Origin: an uncultured delta proteobacterium
GTDB lineage: Bacteria > Myxococcota_A > Polyangia > Polyangiales > Polyangiaceae
NCBI GenBank assembly: GCA_963806225.1
Contig: CAWDXG010000004.1
Coordinates: 5,408,001 to 5,472,000, forward strand
Length of the DNA stretch: 64,000 bases
Direction: 5' to 3'
Under the pieces are notes generated by a model that worked only from the letters and a program-made list of their open reading frames with translations, did not search any database and was not told the DNA's origin. The translations under genes and the position numbers were made by a program. Below, piece after piece: positions 57,336-64,000 of the stretch. Position 1 is the first letter of the stretch. Each line of letters starts with the position of its first letter.

Positions 57336-58721
57336 AGCCCGCGGCCTGGTGGTTGGTGCTCACGTGCGCGCTCGCCCTGGCAGCGGGCGTCTGGGTCGGT
57401 GACCCGCGACCGGCCCGGGCGGACGCGCTGCCCGTTGCTTCGACCGCTCCGGGCAGTTCGAGCGCGGTCGCTCCGCCTGCGCCGGTCCACGGTCTGGCTC
57501 CGCTTCCTGCGGGCAAAGCCGTCCCGCTGTACGATCGCCCGCCGGGTGCGTCCGCGGGAGACGGCGGACCGAACCCTGCTGTCTTCCCACCACAGAAGCT
57601 CACGATCCGTTTCAATCACGACAAGCACGTCAAGCAGCTGCACCTGGCCTGTACGAGCTGCCACACGCGCGCGAAGACCAGCCGCTCGAGCCAGGACCGC
57701 CTGCTGCCTTCCGCGACCCGTTGCGACGGCTGCCACCACACCGATCACCGCGACCTCGATGCTGTCCGGAAGAACGGCGGCGCGCTGATCGGCCAGTGCG
57801 GGTACTGCCACGTCGGCTACCACGACGGAGACGGAAACCGCGTGGCGCGGCAGCGCATCCCCCCGCCGCACCTGCGTTTCAGCCACGCGGCGCACGCGGC
57901 CCACAACATCGGCTGTCGCCAGTGCCACGGTGCAGTCCAGAACCTCGAGCTGGCGACGCGCGACCAGCTTCCCCGCATGCGGGGCTGCTTCAGCTGCCAC
58001 CAGATGCCGCCGCCTGCCCGGGGCAAGGCCCAGAGCAGCTGCACGACGTGTCACCTGCGCGGCTCCGGCGGCCTGATGAAGACCCGCTTTCCGACGGGCG
58101 TGCTCAGTCCGCCGGCCTGGCTGCACAACGCGGGGCACGGACCCGGCTGGCTCCAGCGCCATCGTTCCGTGGCTGCCAACGACAGCCGGCTCTGCGCAAC
58201 CTGTCACAGCGAGCGCTACTGCACCGACTGTCACGACGGGCGCGTCCGGCCCCGTCAGGATCCACCCGAACGATTGGCTGGACCTGCACGCGGTGGCTGC
58301 GCGGCAGAACAACCCGCGCTGCACCAGCTGCCACCGCGAACAATCCTTCTGCCTGGGCTGCCACCAGCGCGCCGGAGTGACAGCGAGTGGTCCGTACGCA
58401 AACTTTGCCGGCCGGGGCCGCTTCCATCCTCCGAAGGCGGTCTGGACCGATCCGCCGCGGGGCCCCGGTCATCACTCCTGGGCGGCCGAGCGGAACCTGA
58501 ACGCATGCGTCAGTTGTCACACCGAGCGGGACTGCGCGACCTGCCACGCGACCGCCGCCGTGGGCGGGCGTGGTGTCGGGCCGGGCGGCGGGTTGGGGCG
58601 GGGCGTCGATCCGCATCCTCCCGGCTTCATGGCTCGCTGTCGTGGCGCGCTGCAGAAGAACGCACGCCCTTGTCTGGTCTGCCACGATCCGGCCGATCCG
58701 CAGCTCGACCAATGCCGTTGA
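57332..58721 (+). CDS. Multiheme c-type cytochrome (13 CxxCH), one apparent +1 frameshift (~58258)
   Basis: Signal peptide; FNHDKH and FSHAAH c3/c7-like motifs; 8 CxxCH before and 5 after the shift; ATGA overlap with the barrel gene. Confidence 0.88.
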
Positions 58722-58904
58722 CCCGCTTCCCCCCTGTTCAAGCGACGGATCCGCCCGGTGGGCGACTCGTCGCGGCACCGGACGCTTCCGGGGCTTGGAC
58801 CGCGTGCGCGATGGCAGTGCTAATCTGCTTGCGCCGGCGTTCGCGGGACGGGTATAGCGGGAGGCCGCCGGTGGTTCCGCCGCCGCACCACAAGGAGGCC
58901 CTTG

Positions 58905-59159
58905 GTGAAGGAGCTTGTCCGCTATTTAATGGAGAACATGTACCTCGATTTCCAGGGGGACATCTCCGTCGAGAAGGTGCGCGAGTTCCTGCGCGAGGAC
59001 GACAGCCGGGACGCTCGTCAGTTGCTTTCGAAGATCATCGAGGAGAAAGGTGTCGACGACCTCCTCATCACGCTCGCCGATTGCCTGAAGGAGAGCATCC
59101 GCACGGGTGTCAACGAGGACACCATCCGCGATCAGCTGTCGCTCTATTCCGAAAGCTGA
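58905..59159 (+). CDS. Small acidic hypothetical protein
   Basis: AAGGAGG RBS; high-GC3 ORF KELVRYLMENMYLDFQGD... Confidence 0.78.
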   Translation: MKELVRYLMENMYLDFQGDISVEKVREFLREDDSRDARQLLSKIIEEKGVDDLLITLADCLKESIRTGVNEDTIRDQLSLYSES

Positions 59160-60195
59160 GCTCCTCGCTTCCGGCGCTGGCCGCCTGTCTGGTGCTGGCC
59201 GGCTGCGATCAGGGACCGCGTGACCTCGCTCCGGCGCGCGGGCCGGAGCTGCATCTTGTTGCGAGCTACCCGAGCGACGGCGAGGGCCTCGATTGCCAGC
59301 CCTCGTCGGCGGATTGCGGGGTGCCGACCAATGCCCCGATCGAGCTGCAGGTTCGACCGCTATCTCGACCCGTCCACGGCGGTGCGCCAGGCGATGGTCG
59401 TGTACAGCGGCAGCGAGGACAATGCGGTCTTTCTGGAGCCCCAGTACGATCTGGTGGAGCGCGTCGTCCGCTACCGTCACTTCTCGGGCCTGACCTTCAC
59501 ACCGGGCGTGCTCTACACGGTCGAGCTGATCGTGCCCTCCACGGGTCATCCGGACGGCTTCCGCGCATTCGACGGCGCCCCGATCGCAGAAGGCGAGGCA
59601 CCACTTCGCTTCAACTTCCGCACACGGGAGAGCACGGCACCCGAGCCCCCACCCCGAATCCATTCCCGGTTGTCGGGACATGCTGGAGCTGTTCGCGCGT
59701 CCCACGTCGACCGGAGCGATGTGCAGCGGCAGTGGTTGCCATCGACCTCCGGCACCGATGCGGCTGGACTTGTCGTCCGGCGAGGGGCTTGCCACGACCG
59801 CCATCGGGCACGTGGCCCACGAGGCGGCGACGGGTCCACGTCCCAGTACCCCGCTTGAAGACCCGCCGCGCGTTGGAGTCCAGATGCCGGTCGTCGACCC
59901 CGGGCGTCCAGGCAACAGCTACCTGATGTACAAGCTGATCCGGAACACCGACAACTTCAGCGCCCCGGCGGGTCCGTGCGCGACCCACGATCAGGTCCTG
60001 CTGCCGAAGGGTCGGTGCCTGCCGCCGTCCCCAGCGGAGAGCACGCGGCTCCGCGAGTGGTTCGTCACTGGACAGCCGATGCCGCTGCCGCGAACGACCG
60101 CTGCACATCCGCACCTCGAACAGGCCGATCTGCGTGCGATCCAGAGCTGGATTGCGGCGGGCGCGCCGCTCGGCGGATGTGACAGCGCTCCTTGA
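59156..60195 (+). CDS. Lipoprotein with Ig-like domain and atypical cytochrome c-like C-terminal domain, two apparent +1 frameshifts (~59350, ~59653)
   Basis: VLAG-C lipobox; VPTNAPIELQFDRYLDP Ig-like segment; CSGSGCH, VDPGRPGNSYLMYKL, MP and IQSWIAAGA; start codon unclear (CTG). Confidence 0.6.
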
Positions 60196-60348
60196 GCACC
60201 GCTGCGCCCACCTCGACCTACATGACGCACCGCGATCCGGCCGGTCGTCGGTACGCAACGGTTGCATAGCCGCGCCTTCACGACAGGTCGCAGCTCTCCG
60301 AAATCACAGGGTACTCGTACTGGTACGGCACATGCAGCTCCAGGGCGT

Positions 60349-60732
60349 ATGTCCCCCGAACAGACAACCGGTCGGCCCGGTGGCCCCGGCGTCGCGGAGC
60401 GACAACAGGAGCGCCGCGCACACCGACGAGCCGGGCTGGAAGCGCCCGCCATGCTGGATGCCGTGAGCTCGTACCAATCCGGGCGTTGCGAGAACGTCTC
60501 GGCGGGCGGAGTCGCGGTCCGCACCGACGCCGGGCTCGAGGTCGGCACCCAGGTCGAGTTGTATTTCGAGCTGCCGGGCGGCATTGCCGTCGAGGCGAAT
60601 GCCGAGGTCGTGCGCTGCGATGGAAAGCACATCGCACTCCGCTTTGTCGAGCTGGAGCATGAGCTCGTGGTCGCGCTCCGCGCCTATTGTCGACGCAGCG
60701 GCATGCACTCGGCGGTGCGTCCGGACGCGTAG
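60349..60732 (+). CDS. PilZ domain protein (c-di-GMP receptor)
   Basis: ERRAHRR (RxxxR) and ENVSAGG (D/NxSxxG); AEVVR and ALRF. Confidence 0.85.
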   Translation: MSPEQTTGRPGGPGVAERQQERRAHRRAGLEAPAMLDAVSSYQSGRCENVSAGGVAVRTDAGLEVGTQVELYFELPGGIAVEANAEVVRCDGKHIALRFVELEHELVVALRAYCRRSGMHSAVRPDA

Positions 60733-60755
60733 AAACCGCTTCGGTCGCGTGAGGG

Positions 60756-62848
60756 TCACGCGTGCGAAGGCGAGCCGCGCTCGCGCCGCAGCGCAGAGCG
60801 GACGGCCCGGCGGAGCTCGTCCGCCGTGAAGGGTTTGGCGATGAACTCGCCGCCCGTTTCGGCGAGCAGCGATTCGACTGGCTCGCCGTGCGAGTAACCC
60901 GACACGAAGAGCACGTTCAAGCCCGGTCTGAGGGCGCGGAGCTCGCGCGTCAGCTCCGCGCCGCTCATGCGCGGCATGACCACGTCCGTGAGCAGGAGGT
61001 CAATGTGGTCCACCCCTGTGCTCCGTGCCAGGTCGAGGGCCTCGCTTCCCGTCGGTGCTTCCAGCACCTCGTAGCCCCCCTCGCGGAGCATGCGGGCCGC
61101 GAGCTCCCGCACCGCGGTTTCATCCTCGGCGAGGAGGATCGTGGCGTGCTTCTCGGCGCTCGAGGGTTCACTCTCGGGAGCGCTTTCCTCCGGCCCATCA
61201 CCGTCGTGGCGCGGTAGGTAGATGAGGAAGCGCGTGCCGACTCCCTCGCTGCTCTCGACCTCGATGTGACCGCCGCTCTGCGCCACGATGCCGTAGACCG
61301 TTGCAGAGGCCCAGCCCCGTTCCTTTGTCCGCTGGCTTGGTCGTGAAGAAGGGTTCGAAGATGCGCTGGCGCGTCGGCTCGTCCATGCCTTCGCCGGTGT
61401 CGTGCACTTCCATCAGCACGTACTTTCCGGGCTCGAGCACATCGCGCGCGCCGCGCTTGCCGACTTCGACGCTCTTCAGCTCGATGCCCAGCGTGCCCCC
61501 GTTCGGCATCGCGTCCCGTGCGTTGACGGCCAGGTTCAACAGCACCTGCTCTATCTGCCCCGGATCTGCCCTGACCCGGCCCGGGTCCGTTCCGAATTGC
61601 GTGGTGAGCTCGATATCCGCTCCGATCAGCCGCCGGAGCATCTTCTCCACGTTCGTCACGACCTTGGCCAGATCGATAACGCGGGGCTGGAGCACCTGCT
61701 TGCGGCTGAAGGCGAGCAACTGGCGTGTCAGATCACCCGCCCGCCCGGAAGCCTTCCGGATCTCGTCGGCGTCTTCGCGCAGCGGACTGCCGTCCGGCAG
61801 TTGTGCGAACAGCAATTCCGCGTAGCCGCTGATCGCCGTGAGCAGGTTGTTGAAGTCGTGGGCCACGCCTCCCGCGAGCCTGCCGACGGCTTCCATCTTC
61901 TGTGCCTGGCGCAGTTCTTCTTCCCGTTCCCGCAGCGCCACTGACGTGCGCTCGCGCTCCTCGATGGTCGCAACCAGCCTGCGGTTGAGCGAGACGACCG
62001 TGGCGTAGCGCCACACGCCCATCGAGACCATCACGACGATCAGCAGCGCGCCCATCGTCCACAGCACGCGCGGCACCGTCCAGAACGGCGTCGGTCGGCC
62101 GTACCACTTGACGTAGAGACTGCTTGTAGTCCGGGCTGCCCACGAACCTGCGCACCGCCGGTTCCAGTCTTGCGACGAGCTCGTCGTCACCTGCGTCGGA
62201 CGGCGATGCCGCGTTTGACCTCGAGGACGGGCGGTCCGGTAGCGCGGATGCGGTCCTGAACCCCGATGTCACGTGCCAGCTTCATCGATCACCGGCTCCG
62301 GGAAGACCAGCGCATCGACATCCCCGGACAGGAGATCGAACAGCGCCGAGTGGACGTTCGAGAATACCCGCAGCTTGACGCCAGGTTGCTTCTGGAGAAG
62401 CGATACGGCCACATTCGTCTCGACGACGGCGACGCGGTGGCCTGCTAGGTCGCCGAGGTTGTAGATGCCCGCGGTGCCTTGCCGCACGAAGATGCGGACG
62501 ACGAAGGTCTCGACGGGCGAGGTGAACGCGAAGTGCTGGCGCCGCTCTTCCACGATGCCGCAGTTCGGGATGAGGTCGACGCTGCCCTGCGCGAGCGCCG
62601 AGAAGGCACGCGGAAAGGTCCTCACTACCCGGTAGCGCACCTCGAGTCCCGCGCTGCGCGGCAATCTTGTTCATCGCGTCGATGGCGAACCCCTGGGGTT
62701 GCCCGTGCTCGTCGAGCGAGTACTGCGGCGGCCAGTCCGCCGGGACCGCGGCGGTCACCACACGCCGCGGGGCGGCGCTGGCGACGGCTGGCCCCAGAAT
62801 GGCCAATACGAGGGCCACGCCGAGTGCGACGCGCAGTGCGGCCATCAT
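60756..62848 (-). CDS. Hybrid histidine kinase: periplasmic solute-binding (family 3) sensor, HisKA, HATPase, REC; five apparent +1 frameshifts
   Basis: DWPPQY..GFAID sensor; [57 protein letters not shown]. Shifts at ~62653, 62286, 62193, 62119 and 61305. Confidence 0.85.
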
Positions 62849-62943
62849 GCTGGAGAGTCGTTCCCCCAAGGTCACCTTCCCGGAGCCTACTCTAGCGCTC
62901 CCGGGTCCGGATGTGACCCGATTCGGCGCTGAATATGGAAGCG

Positions 62944-63906
62944 TCAGGGGATGGTCAGCTTCTGGCCGGGGCGGATGGGATCGCGCCGTTGGATGCCGTT
63001 CGCTTCGCAGATATCCGCGATCGACACATGGTAGCGGTGCGCGATCATGCCTAGCGTCTGCCCCTTTTCGACCACGTGCGTCCGGGTCTCGTGCGGCTTG
63101 TCCGCGCGATCCTTGCGTGATTTGTGCTCGTGGCGCTGGGCCTTCAGGTCTGGATGGCCGCCTTTGCAGCAGCGGAATCCTATCGAGTAGTCGTGGTACT
63201 TCGTCGAGTGTGCCGCGGTCATGTATGCGCAGCCTTCGCCGTTGGTCGTGGTGTCCAGGTAGTAGCCGCCGCGGAACTCGCCCTTCGGGTTGGCCGTCCA
63301 CTCGTGCAGATTGCCGACCATGTCGTACAGACCGAACGAGTTCCGGCAGTGGCGGAAGTGCCCTGTGCGTGCGACCGACCCAGGCGTCTTGTTCAGACGC
63401 GGGTCGTTCATCGCCTCCATTCCGAAGGTGGCCAGTGAGCCGTCGCGGCCATGCAGGAGTCTCAATGGCGACACACCGCGGTCGTTGCAGTAGCCGTCCT
63501 TGTGTTCGTCGCCGTACGGGTAGAGCGTGGGGCGGCGCCCTTTGCACGCCGTGACCCATTCCTTGTCGGTGCACAGGCGTTTGCCGGCCTCGCCGCAGGC
63601 CGCGGCGGCCTGCTCCTGGCTGAAGTAGGCCTGCGGCACCGCGCCGCGGCGGCTCTTGGCGACCAGGCGCAGTCCGGGTTGTGCCGTGCGGTACGGCGAG
63701 AAGCGGCGCAGGGTTTTCCCGCGACTGTTGGCGACATCGACGCTGGATTCGTAAACGTCGATGCAGAAACGACCGAACACGCTGGCCATGCTGGCGGGGC
63801 AGCGCCGTGCGCTCGCGCTGGGGGCTTCGGCCACGAGCAGGATCAGTACGGCCGCGCCAAGCACAAAAAGCGCCGGCGCGCGCCCCGGGGAGCGGGCTCC
63901 AGCCAT
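62944..63906 (-). CDS. Formylglycine-generating-enzyme (SUMF1/FGE-sulfatase) domain protein with C-terminal LysM
   Basis: FCIDVYE, GKRLCTDKEW, GLYDMVGNLHEW, RGG, IGFRCC; LysM HVVEKGQTLGMIAHRY. Confidence 0.88.
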   Translation of the reverse strand: MAGARSPGRAPALFVLGAAVLILLVAEAPSASARRCPASMASVFGRFCIDVYESSVDVANSRGKTLRRFSPYRTAQPGLRLVAKSRRGAVPQAYFSQEQAAAACGEAGKRLCTDKEWVTACKGRRPTLYPYGDEHKDGYCNDRGVSPLRLLHGRDGSLATFGMEAMNDPRLNKTPGSVARTGHFRHCRNSFGLYDMVGNLHEWTANPKGEFRGGYYLDTTTNGEGCAYMTAAHSTKYHDYSIGFRCCKGGHPDLKAQRHEHKSRKDRADKPHETRTHVVEKGQTLGMIAHRYHVSIADICEANGIQRRDPIRPGQKLTIP

Positions 63907-64000
63907 CCGTCACCGGTAGCACGGGTGAAGCGTTGCGCCAGTTTTCGTCGTCGCGCCGTGGGGCGCGCCGGCGTTGCAGCGGCTCCACGGTCCATGCGAC

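Noticed and set aside
57257..59926. Single 889-aa cytochrome ORF
   Set aside because: It is a frameshift read-through artefact joining the cytochrome N-terminus to unrelated downstream sequence.
62944..63906. Diversity-generating retroelement target (FGE/CLec fold)
   Set aside because: I saw no reverse transcriptase or template/variable repeat pair in the window.

Overview
High-GC bacterial chromosomal window. Gene content suggests Myxococcota, probably a Polyangiaceae/Sorangiineae-like organism: pilMNOPQ, many Cys-rich lipoproteins with Gly/Thr linkers, an FHA-GGDEF cyclase and FGE-sulfatase proteins. This taxonomy is inferred. About 55 densely packed genes are supported; I saw no rRNA, tRNA, CRISPR array, integrase or transposase. 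Highlights: (1) a radical SAM enzyme with the motif set of the tetraether/membrane-spanning lipid synthase family (Tes/GDGT-MAS/MJ0619-like), among lipid-handling genes; (2) an aminotransferase-luxE-luxC operon without luciferase, possibly an acid-to-aldehyde-to-amine route; (3) a beta-barrel gene coupled to a 13-CxxCH multiheme cytochrome, followed by a lipoprotein with an atypical CX4CH motif (candidate porin-cytochrome electron conduit); (4) a YtkA/FixH-barrel-cytochrome c-regB-regA operon preceded by three RegA/PrrA-type boxes; (5) an orphan cheB with a triple-receiver adenylate cyclase and a membrane-anchored MutS-like ATPase; (6) a FliA-like sigma factor apparently lacking region 3. Seven genes to the right of about 31.7 kb carry 14 single-base insertions, most likely uncorrected sequencing errors rather than real pseudogenes. 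All family calls come from reading motifs by eye; no database searches were run.
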